A stretch of 64,000 nucleotides of DNA from Macrostomum lignano (lineage: Eukaryota): the NCBI GenBank assembly GCA_002269645.1, contig NIVC01001376.1, positions 186,001-250,000 on the forward strand, in the 5' to 3' direction. The notes under the pieces were generated by a model that ran no database searches, was not told where the DNA came from, and was given only the letters and a program-made list of their open reading frames with translations. The position numbers and the translations under genes are program-made. Shown one piece after another: positions 1 through 11,929 of the stretch; within the stretch, counting starts at the first letter, position 1, and the number at the start of each line of letters is the position of its first letter.

Positions 1-1492
1 TCTCAATGCTAGAACACTGAATCTCAGCCTAGATCCCTGGATCTCAATGCTAGAACACTGAAAGCCTAGATCCCTGGATCTCAATGCTAGAACACTGAAT
101 CTCACAGCCTAGATCCCTGGATCTCAATGCTAGATCCCTGGATCTCACAGCCTAGACTAGATCCCTAAATCACACCCTAGAACCCTGAATCTCAACCCTA
201 GAACCCTGGATCTCAATGCTAGAACACTGAATCTCACAGCCTAGATCTCTGGATCTCAATGCTAGAACACTGAATCTCACAGCCTAGATCCCTGGATCGC
301 AATTCTAGAACACTGAATCTCACAGCCTAGATCCCTGGATCTCAATGCTAGAACACTGAATCTCACAGCCTAGATCCCTGGATCTCAATGCTAGAACACT
401 GGATCTCAATGCTAGAACACTGAATCTCACAGCCTAGATCCCTGGATCTCAATGCTAGAACACTGGATCTCACAGCCTAGATCCCTGGATCGCAATGCTA
501 GAACACTGGATCTCAATGCTAAAACACTGATTCTCACAGCCTAGATCCCTGGATCTCAATGCTAGAACACTGGATCTCAATGCTACAACACTGAATCTCA
601 ACCCTAGAACCCTGGATCTCAATGCTAGAACACTGAAAGCCTAGATCCCTGGATCTCAATGCTAGAACACTGGATCTCAATGCTAGAACACTGAATCTCA
701 CAGCCTAGATCCCTGGATCTCAATGCTAGAACACTGAATCTCACAGCCTAGATCCCTGGATCTCAATGCTAGAACACTGAATCTCAATGCTAGAAAACTG
801 GATCTCAATGCTAGAACACTGAATCTCACAGCCTAGATCCCTGGATCTCAATGCTAGAACACTGGATCTCACAGCCTAGATCCCTGGATCGCAATGCTAG
901 AACACTGGATCTCAATGCTAAAACACTGATTCTCACAGCCTAGATCCCTGGATCTCAATGCTAGAACACTGGATCTCAATGCTACAACACTGAATCTCAA
1001 CCCTAGAACCCTGGATCTCAATGCTAGAACACTGAAAGCCTAGATCCCTGGATCTCAATGCTAGATCCCTGGATCTCACAGCCTAGACTAGATCCCTAAA
1101 TCACACCCTAGAACCCTGAATCTCAACCCTAGAACCCTGGATCTCAATGCTAGAACACTGAATCTCACAGCCTAGATCCCTGGATCGCAATGCTAGAACA
1201 CTGAATCTCACAGCCTAGATCCCTGGATTTCAATACTAGAACACTGAATCTCACAGCCTAGATCCCTGGATCTCAATGCTAGAACACTAGATCTCAATGC
1301 TAGAACACTGGATCTCACAGCCTAGATCCGTAGATCACACCCTAGAACCATGGATCTCACAGCCTAGAACCCTGGATCTCACAGCCTAGAACCCTGGATC
1401 TCACAGCCTAGAACCCTGGATCTCACAGCCTTGAACCCTGGATCTCACAGCCTAGAATCCTGGATCTCAGTCCTAGAACCCTGGACCTCAAC
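1..1492. repeat. Tandem satellite of alternating 21/22-bp monomers (CTGGATCTCAATGCTAGAACA / CTGAATCTCACAGCCTAGATCC) with higher-order blocks; runs off the window start
   Basis: Monomers read directly. Longer blocks recur (for example 150-230 and 1070-1150). The array becomes homogeneous 22-mers near 1340-1490. Confidence 0.95.
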
Positions 1493-1984
1493 CACTTTAC
1501 ATCAAGTATAAAGAAAATGAAAAGTCTCAACTACAAGAGTTTCAATAATAAATGTCGCAAGAAAAGCAGAAAAGGCCGTTAATAAACAAGAAATTGCTAT
1601 TGAATTTAATTGTGTGAAAACAGGATTGAAACAGTTACTGAGAGCCAAATGCATCAATTAGGAGTACCAGCTAAAGTGCCACCGGGTAGAATAGTCAAAC
1701 AAGTTTAAAAAAATGCACAATGAGTAGCTTTATAAGTTAGGATTGAGCACTTGCATAAATATTAGCACCGAAATTAACTGAATCAATTATAATAGCATCG
1801 ATGTGTGCACCAAATTATGAAAAACATACCTAAAAACAAGACATTAGAAAATAGTTTTGGACATTATCTAGGAAAATGTGTTGGGTTAGGAAGTACCTGA
1901 GGACAGAGTACATCTAAATATGGACAGCAGGCGCCTAAATATTCAAAAAGTACGCAAGGAAACGGAGGGTAGCTAAATTATCAA

Positions 1985-2420
1985 GAAAATACCTGAGGAC
2001 ACACAGAGAGGGTAGCCATCTATCAAGAAAATACCCAAGGACACCGAGAGGATAGCCAAAATATTAAGAAAATACTCAAGGACACAGAAAGGGTACCCAC
2101 ATTATTAAGAAAATACCCAAGGACAGAGAGGACACCCACGTTATTAAGAAAATACCCAAGGACACAGAGAGAGTACCCAAACTATTAAGAAAATACCCAA
2201 GGACACAGAGAGAGTACCCAAACTATTAAGAAAATACCCAAGGACACAGAGAGAGTACCCAAACTATTAAGAAAATACCCAAGGACACAGAGAGAGTACC
2301 CAAACTATTAAGAAAATACCCAAGGACACAGAGAGAGTACCCAAACTATTAAGAAAATACCCAAGCACACAGAGAGAGTACCCAAACTATGAGGAAAATA
2401 CCCAAAGACACACAGAGGGT
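1985..2420. repeat. 41-bp tandem repeat (AAGAAAATACCCAAGGACACAGAGAGAGTACCCAAACTATT) just 3' of the SPIDR-like stop codon
   Basis: 41-bp period seen directly (GACACAG at 2161, 2202 and onward); about 10 copies with degenerate edges. Confidence 0.93.
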
Positions 2421-2438
2421 AGCCAAACCGAACTAACC

Positions 2439-3069
2439 CTACAAAACGGCAGCCATCGCGGCATTCGAAGCGGCAGTCATCGCGGAAGACAGGTCAAAGC
2501 TGGCCTCAATAATCTGATAGCGCGAGTTGCCAAATGCCCGACTAACAAACACCAGCCGGCTATCAAACCGACATCCAACCAAGGCTTCGGCCGCCGTGAC
2601 AGCGGGCAGCTCGCTCAGCACCTTGGCGGCTGTGTCCGGGTGCAACAGCAGACGGAAATCGACATTCGCCAGACTGGAACTGCCACGATGATCGGCCTCG
2701 TTGTCGGTCGTGTCGGGCTGCCGCCGCTGCGAGTTCTCCGACAACTGCGACGATGGCCAGTCGTCCGGGTCGCACCTGACCGATACTTCTAGTCGGCGAG
2801 TCAGCAGCGCTTTGTCGCAGGCGGTGCCGCAGCGACCGCAAACTCGTTTCTGCCGATGCGTCGGCGCAGTCGAAGTCGACGAAGGATCGGCGAGCTCGAG
2901 ACGGCAGGCGAAACAGATCGGGCACACGGGCCAAGCGTAGGCGTCTTCTTTGTGCACCACGGTCACGTGACAGGGCGGCAGCTCAAGCAACTGACCGATT
3001 TTACAGTCCAACTCGCTGCTGGCCTGCACGTATCTGCGGGGATTGATGGCGGAGGCTGGGCGAGGGGAT
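2439..3069 (-). CDS. SPIDR: SPIDR-like terminal exon (OB-fold-like region with CxxC...CxxC zinc ribbon)
   Basis: [10 protein letters not shown]...VCGRC...RRLEVSVRC. Phase-2 acceptor at TTTTAG|3069 or CCGCAG|3033. TAG stop at 2439-2441. Confidence 0.78.
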
Positions 3070-3815
3070 CTAAAACTGATATCCCAATCTGGGGATCTAA
3101 ACCTGATATCCCAATCTGGGGAATCTAAACCTGATATCCCAATCTGGGGATCTGAGTAGCTGATTTCCCAGTCTGGGGATCTGAGTAGCTGATATCCCAA
3201 TCTGGGGATCTGAGTAGCTGATTTCCCAGTCTGGGGATCTGAGTAGCTGATATCCCAAACTGGGGATCTGGGTAGCTGATATCCCAAACTGGGGATCGGA
3301 GTAGCTGATACCCAATCTGGGAAATAAGAAAATAAAAAAGTCCACTCACTCGAACGCGCCCAAATCGGCATCAGCGAAGGGCACAATGGTCAGAGCGGAG
3401 AATCTATCGCAGTACAGCGCGCCCCTGATCACCAGGCAGTCGGTGATGTTCACTACGCAGCCTTCTTTAGCGTCGCAAGTCAAATAAAAGTGCTCAGTTG
3501 CGCGGGTGCACACGACCTGGGATTAGAGGGGAACAAGAGAGGGATGAGGGGAATCAAAGGGGTTCAAAGAAGAGTGAAGAAAACCGTACAAAAATGATTC
3601 ATTATCGTGAATTGACAGAAGCGATACATAAAGACCCACCTGATTGGAAGCGATCGAGTAGATGTACAGCCGCATCGGGCAGTCGTACAGGATGCGAAGC
3701 AGAAGGCCGTGCAGATTGCAGCGGCTGGGCGCTGGAGTTGAGTAGCCCACTGTGTACAGCGGCGGGGCTGGCGGCTGCGGGTGGGCGATGTTGCAGGGAT
3801 TTACACTGGCAATCG

Positions 3816-3877
<62 letters not shown>

Positions 3878-3880
3878 GGC

Positions 3881-3919
<39 letters not shown>

Positions 3920-4150
3920 GACAGACAGGCAGACAGACAGACAGGCAGACAGACAGACAGGCAGACAGACAGACAGACAGGCAGACGGACAGACACTAAG
4001 ACAGACAGACAGACAGACACAGGCAGACACAGGCAGACAGACAGACAGACAGATATACACAGACGGACAAACGGAGAGACAAAGACAGGCAGGCAGACAG
4101 AGAGACAGACAGACAAACAGAGAAAGACAGACAAACAGAGACAGACAGGC

Positions 4151-4187
<37 letters not shown>

Positions 4188-4342
4188 GGCAGGCAGACGG
4201 ACAGACACTAAGACAGACAGGCAGACAGACAGACAGATATACACAGACGGACAAACGGAGAGACAAAGACAGGCAGGCAGACAGAGAGACAGACAGACAA
4301 ACAGAGACACACAGGCAGACAGACAGACACAGACAGACAAAA

Positions 4343-4391
<49 letters not shown>

Positions 4392-7300
4392 CCAAGACAG
4401 ACAGACAGACACCAAGACAGACAGACAGACACCAAGACAGACAGACACACAGACAGACAGACAGACAGACAGACACCAAGACAGACAGACAGACACCAAG
4501 ACAGACAGACACACAGACAGACAGACAGACAGACACCAAGACAGACAGACAGACACCAAGACAGACAGACAGACACCAAGACAGACAGACAGACACCAAG
4601 ACAGACAGACAGACACCAAGACAGACAGACAGACACCAAGACAGACAGACAGACACCAAGACAGACAGACAGACACCAAGACAGACAGACAGACACACAG
4701 ACAGACAGACAGACACCAAGACAGACAGACACACAGACAGACACACCCACCTTGAGCAGTGCCCTACTAGAATAGGGGCAGACATGGCCACATCTGCAAT
4801 CCAGCGACTGCAGCGTCAGGCTTTGCCAGCTGGCCTGCAAAAACTGGGCCAGCTGCAGTTGGCACTGAGCAACCAGGCCTCTCTGCAGCTGTCGGCACAA
4901 GTCGAACTGAGCAACAACCCCCGAGTCCTGATCCGAGCCGCTCAGCTCAACCAGGTCCTGCTTGCTAGTCACAGACAAAACGTAGCCAATCGGTAGATCG
5001 CGAGCGTCCACAGCTCGAACCCGAAGCCAGATGAAGGCGGCCGACGATGTCAGGGCCAGAATCCGGTGAGTCAGCGCGTGCCCGTCGGCAGGCCAGTAGG
5101 TGTACTTGCCCAGAGACAGGGCGAGAAGGCGGACTTGCACCGTGGGCTGTCTGGCCAAGTCTGAGGCGTCAAACAGACGGACAGGCGGCTGCTTTGTCGA
5201 CTGCTGCTGCTGCTTGAGCTGTGGAAGCGATGCGAGGTATTTATCAATTTATATTACTGTTAGTAAGACTATGCAGATCCCCAATCCCTAAACTCCACTT
5301 GATAAGATCCCAAATACCTAAACTATGCTTCATGGATCCCAAATCCCTAAACTCCACTTCGTGAGATCCCAAATCCCTAAACTTCACTTCGTGAGATCTA
5401 AAATCCCTAAACTCCACTTCATGAGATCCCCAATCCCTAAACCCCACTTCATGAGATCCCAAATCCTTAAACCACACTTCATGAGATCCCAAATCCCTAA
5501 ACTCCACTTCATGAGATCCCCAATCCCTAACTCCACTTCATGAGATCCCCGATCCCTAAACTCCACTTCATGAGATCCCCGATCCCTAAACTCCACTTCG
5601 TGAGATCCCAAATCCCTAAACTTCACTTCGTGAGATCTAAAATCCCTAAACTCCACTTCATGAGATCCCCAATCCCTAAACCCCACTTCATGAGATCCCA
5701 AATCCTTAAACCACACTTCATGAGATCCCAAATCCCTAAACTCCACTTTATGAGATCCCAAATCCCTAAACTCCACTTCATGAGATCCCCAATCCTTAAA
5801 CTCCACTTCAGGGTATCCATTTTTCATTAAAATGTAAAAATGCCACGCGGGCAGCACACCTGCACATGGCGGCGGATGGGCAGCCAGTCATTTGGCAGTT
5901 TAGCGGTGGCCACAACGCACCCAGGCCCCGAGCCGCAGCCGCAGCCGCTACGATTCACACCCTTCTTAACCGGGGCAGTTGCACTTTTAGCTGGTACAGC
6001 CAGCAGTCTTCGAATCTCGGTCAGGCAGATAGCTTCACTATCACTTCCGGCACCAGCGCCTGTCGTGTTGTCAACCGGAACCAAGCGGAACGGCTTAGCA
6101 ATTAACAGATCAACAATTGGCGGCAGTCGCTTCCGTTTGCCAACCAGATTATCTGAGAGCGGCACACCCGAACGACCAGCAAGAAACACGTGGCACACTA
6201 CAGGCCTGCCGTCCGAGCCCAGGCCATCCAGCAACAGGTGCGGATCTTCAATCAATCGACACTGCAATCTCAGCATGCCGTGATCAATAAATCTCTGACA
6301 GACTCTCACTGTGACAAATTGTTCCCGTTTGCTACTGCACTCAGTCTCCGCGTCCACCGCGTGTCGCCACATGTGAACTGAGCCGACACTAAGCCTGGCT
6401 AGCCGGGTCGCCCGATCGGCTAAGCTATTCGACGAATTTGTCCTAAACGGCTGGCCGCGTTTCCGACTGCGCGCCCCGGGTCCGCCGCCAGAGTCAAACA
6501 CTGACGAGCTGTTGAAGCCGATGAACTCGTCTCCATCTTCACTGTTATTTTCGTCATCATCAATCAGCAGGCAAAGCCGGCGAGCCGGCTTAGGTGGTGT
6601 TGTTGCGACATTCGTTGGAATCATCTGCTTTTGCTGTTGCTGGCAAATTGAAGTGTTTGAACTACTGGATTCAATGTTTAAAACGGGCTTAGAAACTGCT
6701 GGAGTTGTACTTGTTGCCGTTGAAGAAACAACAGCCGTGGCGGCAGTATCGGACATCAAAGGTGAAGCTCGTAGCGATGCCTTAGGAGAAGCCGAAGAGC
6801 TATCCTCATCAACTGCCAAAGCTAAGGCGTCTGAGTCCTCGCCAACTGCTAAATAAAATTTCGGCCCATTGTTGGAACTACGACGTCGCTTACTAACGCA
6901 GCCGCTGCCGCTTTTCGAACGCTTGGAATTCGACTGACGAGTAGTTGCAGACAAGGAGGATGCCGTTGATGCAGTGGGAGACTGAGCCGGAGCAGATTTT
7001 GGAGTCGGAGGCAACACCAGGGATAAACGACGGCGCGGTTTTTCATCCCGAAGAGGCTGAGGATCCTGATGATGCTTAGAATCTTGATGATGAAGCTTTG
7101 GATTTTGATGAAGTTTGGTGGGATCCCGATGAAGCTTGTTAGGATTCTGATGAAGCTTTTTGGGATCCTGATGAAGCTTGTTAGGATTCTGATGAAGCTT
7201 GTTAGGATTCTGATGAAGCTTTTTGGGATCCTGATGAAGCTTGTTAGGATCCTGATGAAGCTTTTTGGGATCCTGATGAAGCTGGTTGGGATCCTGATGA

Positions 7301-8256
7301 AGCTGGTTGGGATCCTGATGAAGCTTGCTGGGATCCTGATGAAGCTGGTTGGGATCCTGATAAAGTTTGTTGGGATCCTGATGAAGCTTGCTGGGATCCT
7401 GATGAAGCTGGTTGGGATCCTGATAAAGTTTGTTGGGATCCTGATGAAGCTTTGTACTTAGATGAAGCTTGCTGGGATCCTGGTGAAGCTTGTTGGAATC
7501 CTGATGAAGCTTGCTGGGATCCTGATGAAGCTGGTTGGGATCCTGATGAAGCTTGTTAGGATTCTGATGAAGTTTGTTGGGATCCTGATGAAGCTTGTTG
7601 GGATCCTGATGAAGCTTGCTGGGATCCTGATGAAGCTTGTTGGGATCCTGATGAAGCTTGCTGGGATCCTGATGAAGCTTGTTGGGATTCTGATGAAGCT
7701 GGTTGGGATCCTGATGAAGCTGAAGATCCTGCTGCATCTTCTGAAGCCGTTTCAGCTCCTCATACCGAGCCTCTAGCTGCTCCAATCGTTTCTGATTAGC
7801 CAGATAATCAGCAGACTTTTGTCTTTTTCTCTCCTCCAGTTGACATTCTGTAATTCGAAGCCCATTATATGGACTCAGTTTTGCATTATCTGGACTGTTG
7901 TGAACTTGCTGCTGTTTCAATGGCTGCTCACGACGTTTTTGCTGCTTTTGCCAATTAGGTGAGTTGGAAGCAGAAGTTTTGCTATCATTTAAAGAAATAA
8001 CTTTGCCACTGTCATTGTCTAGTCGAAATCCATCTCCAACCCGGCTCCACTGCATCTGCAGGTTGCTAGCTTGAACTGGTTGAAGTTTTGGCGCTGCAAA
8101 GCTTGGAGGCATGGAGAACCGGCGCTGTGCCGAGGGTGAGGGCGCGCCAGAAGATTTTCTGTCATCGTCAAGTAAAAGTGTCAGCTTCCGGCGCTTCATT
8201 GTTAGGCAGCGGCAGCAGCTTGCTAGAAAGAGAATTGGCCTATAAATAGTATACAT
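2439..8256 (-). CDS. SPIDR: SPIDR-like scaffold protein for DNA repair; 5 exons: 8256(or 8199)-5860, 5218-4751, 3774-3640, 3516-3350, 3069(or 3033)-2439
   Basis: Motifs recalled from vertebrate SPIDR: [22 protein letters not shown] (cf. GLAARLNGLQNRERSAISLWRH); SRCNLHGLL (cf. TRCSFYATV); [21 protein letters not shown] and [23 protein letters not shown] (cf. VDESTAFSWPVCDMCGNGRLE and CGDCSRVVTSPVLKRHLQVFLDC). GT-AG splice sites join in consistent phases (0,0,0,2) with no stops. Splice sites are inferred. Confidence 0.8.
3070..3320. repeat. Intronic ~30-bp tandem repeat (GATATCCCAATCTGGGGATCTGAGTAGCT)
   Basis: About 8 copies read directly; fills SPIDR intron 4. Confidence 0.9.
3350..3516 (-). 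CDS. SPIDR: SPIDR-like exon 4
   Basis: Acceptor TAATCCCAG| and donor GA|GTGAGT. Encodes [12 protein letters not shown]...[25 protein letters not shown]. Confidence 0.68.
3640..3774 (-). CDS. SPIDR: SPIDR-like exon 3
   Basis: Acceptor CCGCAG| and donor CAG|GTGGGT; 135 nt, phase 0-0. Encodes [29 protein letters not shown]. Confidence 0.62.
3815..4745. repeat. (GACA)n microsatellite with variant monomers (CACCAA, CACTAA, GGCA); fills SPIDR intron 2
   Basis: Read directly. Confidence 0.97.
4751..5218 (-). CDS. SPIDR: SPIDR-like exon 2
   Basis: Acceptor TTCCACAG| before 5218; donor AAG|GTGGGT after 4751. Open frame LKQQQQ...YWPADG...IGYVLSV...ALLK. Confidence 0.72.
5270..5812. repeat. Intronic 30-bp tandem repeat (GAGATCCCCAATCCCTAAACTCCACTTCAT); fills SPIDR intron 1
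   Basis: About 18 copies, with an internal multi-unit duplication (5340-5520 vs 5580-5760). Confidence 0.93.
5860..8256 (-). CDS. SPIDR: SPIDR-like exon 1: long low-complexity N-terminus, heptad array and first conserved domain
   Basis: 809-aa open frame. Donor CAG|GTGTGC at 5860/5859, phase 0. ATG at 8256 or 8199 (MKRRK). Confidence 0.8.
7065..7725 (-). repeat. Coding 21-bp minisatellite encoding (K/Q)LHQDP(N/S/K) heptads
   Basis: Unit GATGAAGCTTGTTGGGATCCT on the + strand, about 31 copies. Frame is kept, including one 18-bp unit. Confidence 0.95.
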
Positions 8257-9029
8257 TTGGGAGCTTTTTGTTTGTTTAGATTCATTTACTTGCAGTATAG
8301 TAATATGATGAAGTTTACTTTCTCAAAACTTAGTCTAAAACTAGGGGTTAAGTTCTATTTCTGTTTCATAACATAGCATGCATCATGACATGAACTTTGA
8401 CAAAAGTCAATTTAGACATCTAAGGTCCTAACTCAGGATGTCAAAATTAACTATTGAAAGTAGTTCATTAGATTTTAAACATAGATTTGGCAAACTTCTG
8501 CAACTTTTGTGGGTCAATGAGGTTTAATAGTGTAAATAGTATTATATACTATTAACTGTTAACCAACTTAGCTGGAATAAATAGTGATAGACCAAGGCTA
8601 AATCATAAAATTGATTATTTTTTTACTTTAGGAATTTTTTATTTGTGTTTTTAGACAAAAGTAAGTTTTCTAGCTAGTATAAATCATATAGGGTTACACA
8701 TGTATAATAAAAATTGCTAAGGCAAATAAGATTGCTACAGATATTTGGCTGTAATCTAATTTAAATAGCTTAATTATCATGATAGCATACCTTACCTTAT
8801 ATATGCTTTTTAAAATATAATTTTAAGAATTCTAGTAATATTAGACCCTATGGCTAGACTAGACCCTACTCTTAAAGATATTGTTTCTAGGGGGGGGGGG
8901 GAATTCTAGGTAAAAATATGCAATTTGCTCTAAGCAGTCTAATACGATATGCACTACCTTAAATATAAGATACTAACAATTGATACTATGTGATTCTGCA
9001 ATTGCATTAAAGTATAATAAGATATCTTA

Positions 9030-9800
9030 TAGATATAGGAGAGGAAATAGTAGAGGTGAGAAGATGGAGAGGAAAGAGGAAAAAGATGAGACAGAGGATT
9101 GATGAGAGAGGAAAATAGAGAAGAGTGAGATGAGATGAGAGGTGAAAGAACAGAGAGGTAAATAAGAGAGGATCAAGAGGAGAGATTAGAAAGGATAGAG
9201 GAGAGGAGATAAAAGGGGAGAGAGGGGGAGAGAGAAGAGTGAGAAGAAGAAATGAGATAAGATAGAGAGAAGTGAGAATATGAGATAAGATAAGAGAGAG
9301 AGAGAGAGAAAGAGAGAGAGTTAAGAAAGAAGAGAGGAGAAAGAAGAGATGATAGAGTAAAGGGAAGAGGAAAGAGGAAAGAGATGAGATTGTAGAGATG
9401 AGAGAGATGAAATAAAAGATGATCAAGAGAATAGAGATGAAAGATGAAAGAAGAGAGAGCAAAGTGCAAAGAGATGAGAGAAGAGAATAGAGGGGAGAGA
9501 ATAAAGAAAAGAGCAGAGAGATCAGAGAGAAATGAGAAGAGATAAAAGAAGAGAAAGGAGATATGAAAGACCAGAGACCAGAGAGAAAAGAGGAGAGGAG
9601 AAAGAAAAGAATAGAGAGGAGAGGGAAGAGACGAGAGAAAAGATGAGAGAGGAGAGAGAAGAGACAAGAGAGAAGAGAAGACAGAGGAAAGAAGAAAGAA
9701 GAGATAAGAGAAGAGAGAAAGAAGAGACAAGAGAAAAAATAGGAAATAGAAAAGAAGATGGAAGTTTCAAAGGATGCAAAAGACAGGGAAAGGCAGAGAT
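9030..9800. repeat. Purine-rich (GA) low-complexity tract
   Basis: Almost all A/G on the + strand; the ORFs called here are artefacts. Confidence 0.92.
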
Positions 9801-11618
9801 AGAGGCCAGAGTTTGCCTGACATTCTGCGCAGCACCCCAGCCAACAATATCAATGTTTGTCTCAAATCCTAATTATGCATGAATGTACACTATTTTATGT
9901 TGAACTCTATCCTAACTATTAATTTAAGTTTTTGTTTGAGTTTGACCTTAGATTTTAGAATATTATACAAAAATAATTCCAGGGAATAGAGTTCCCCAGG
10001 TTCAATATCTGCAGGTTTCAACAGCTTGTATTACTATAAAGTAAAAAGAAAAAAGAATTTTAAGTCAGTATAATATAAGCATGATAATCATAGAAGTGCC
10101 AATATATCATGTTTTGCATCTGTATTGAAAGCAAATAACTGCCCTTGCCCCTTCCCATATTAGGAATGCAGTTTAATTTTAATGATGGTTTGCTAGAAAG
10201 AAATTAGGTACTATGAGTATTTTTGTTGGGGTAATAAACAAGTCAACTTCACTATAGTCTATAATAATAATTATAAATAGAATATTTATTAAAACTTGGA
10301 AGGAAAATAATTAGGCCCTCTAGGCCCAAGCCAAGCCAAGGCAGTAGGCCTAGTAATAGCATAGGGCATAATAATCTATTACACACCATAGTTGAATAAC
10401 TAGGTCTAGCTAGATGTAATGACAAGCATTCCTATCTTTTGGTAATAAGTCTAATTGATATCATAAAGCTTCTGGTCTAAGCGCGTGATGTGATATGATA
10501 TGAGATATCTTATTGGTTATTAAAAGCTAAAATAATTACTGAACCAAGTCTACTCTTAGTCTAAGCTAAACTAAAAGAGATCCAAGATAGAAATTAGACC
10601 GGAAAATAAAAATTCTTGTAATTTTTACTTCAAATATAAGTAAATAAAGGAACATAGTGCATGGAAGTGAGTGAGATTAAGTTTCCATTTCACAATGATT
10701 TTAATTAATCTTGAAGCAAACCAGACATCCTGCTTTTTTGAAATCGCGCCAAAGTTCTGCGAACACCTCGTGAACGATAAATTAGCAATAAGCAAAACAT
10801 TCTTTTTGAAATTGAATTGAAAAACTCTGTTTCACCGTAGATTTGAATGGAAAGCTGCGTTGACTATATGGTATGGACTAGACTTAAGCTGCTCCCGTAC
10901 CACTCTAAAGTTTGCAGAGATGTTCTAAATAAATGCATATGCATGTTACATGTTCCGCTCGTACATGTAACAAAGCGTCGCGTCAAGGACGATTTTATTC
11001 TTCTGGAAAAGGTCAAATCTCAAACTTAATAAGTCGTCTTCTGTATCTTAAACTTCCTTCGTTACAGAAAATTTTGCAGCCGTACCAGCCAAAATATACG
11101 AGTACATTTAACGCGCTTTGCTTGTTCAGATCAGCAGGTTATAGAACTACTACACGTTCCACCCGGACCCAAAGCGCTCTTCCAGTGGTCCCGGGAGCAA
11201 GGGAGCCAAGCTAGACATTCTTTCTCCTCTGTACCGCGATGGTACATACTTCTTAATTCCTTCTCTTCCGTATTTCGGAGTACCCGCAACTGGAATTGAA
11301 TCAATCGTATATTCGATCCACGTTAGAAGATTGCTAAGTCGACTGCTGAAAAAGAAACAGCCTAGCCTTTCATGTATACTTTCATGGGGCGTAGGTATCA
11401 ACAAATACATGTAATAGGAGTTTAGTTTTTAATTTAATAGGAGTATATAGCCTCTTAATACCGATATTTTGAATGCACTGTGTGAAAATCCGGACGGTCA
11501 GCATGGCTGCCATAGTCTATTTTGACTTTGGTGTGTGGCTGTGCCTTCACTCTATGAATATCCGATATAAACACCCTGCAGTTCTTAAATATGACTCTTT
11601 TTTATTAAATTTGAGGTG

Positions 11619-11678
11619 GTTGGATGACTGACTATGGTCAGTCATCAGTCATCGACTGACTATGGTCAGTCATCCAAC
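11619..11678. other. Double-hairpin palindrome: two copies of GACTGAC-TATG-GTCAGTC inside a 14-bp perfect inverted repeat
   Basis: GTTGGATGACTGAC (11619-11632) pairs with GTCAGTCATCCAAC (11665-11678). Confidence 0.85.
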
Positions 11679-11929
11679 TAGATCCAAATCGATCTAGAGA
11701 AATTTCGTCTATGGCCGAAATCCCACATAGCTTGTCCAATCTGTACACAGGAAGCTATTGACAGTCTCTCACTGTCCTCTCCCCCCCCCCCTGTTTAGTT
11801 CTCTGCCCTATTAAGAATCTGCATCTTTCAATTCTGTCTTCAAATCCGTTTAAGTGTTATGGACCAGCTGCTGCTTTCTAGTGACGAATCGTTTAGCGTC
11901 TTCAGCAGCTCAGCATCATCGAGTCAAAA

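Noticed and set aside
3498-4996. Long ORFs reading TDRQ / VCLS (also at 39909-40381 and 46263-47334)
   Set aside because: Translations of (GACA)n microsatellite; only the flanking exon parts are coding.
7069-7776. Plus-strand MKLVGIL ORFs
   Set aside because: Antisense reading of the SPIDR heptad repeat.
9007-9882. Leu/Ser/Phe-rich 'membrane' ORFs (also 18782-19411 and 47853-48356)
   Set aside because: Artefacts of GA/CT low-complexity tracts.
10800-11410. Coding-like fragments
   Set aside because: Short ORFs on both strands, with no recognisable motif or splice structure.
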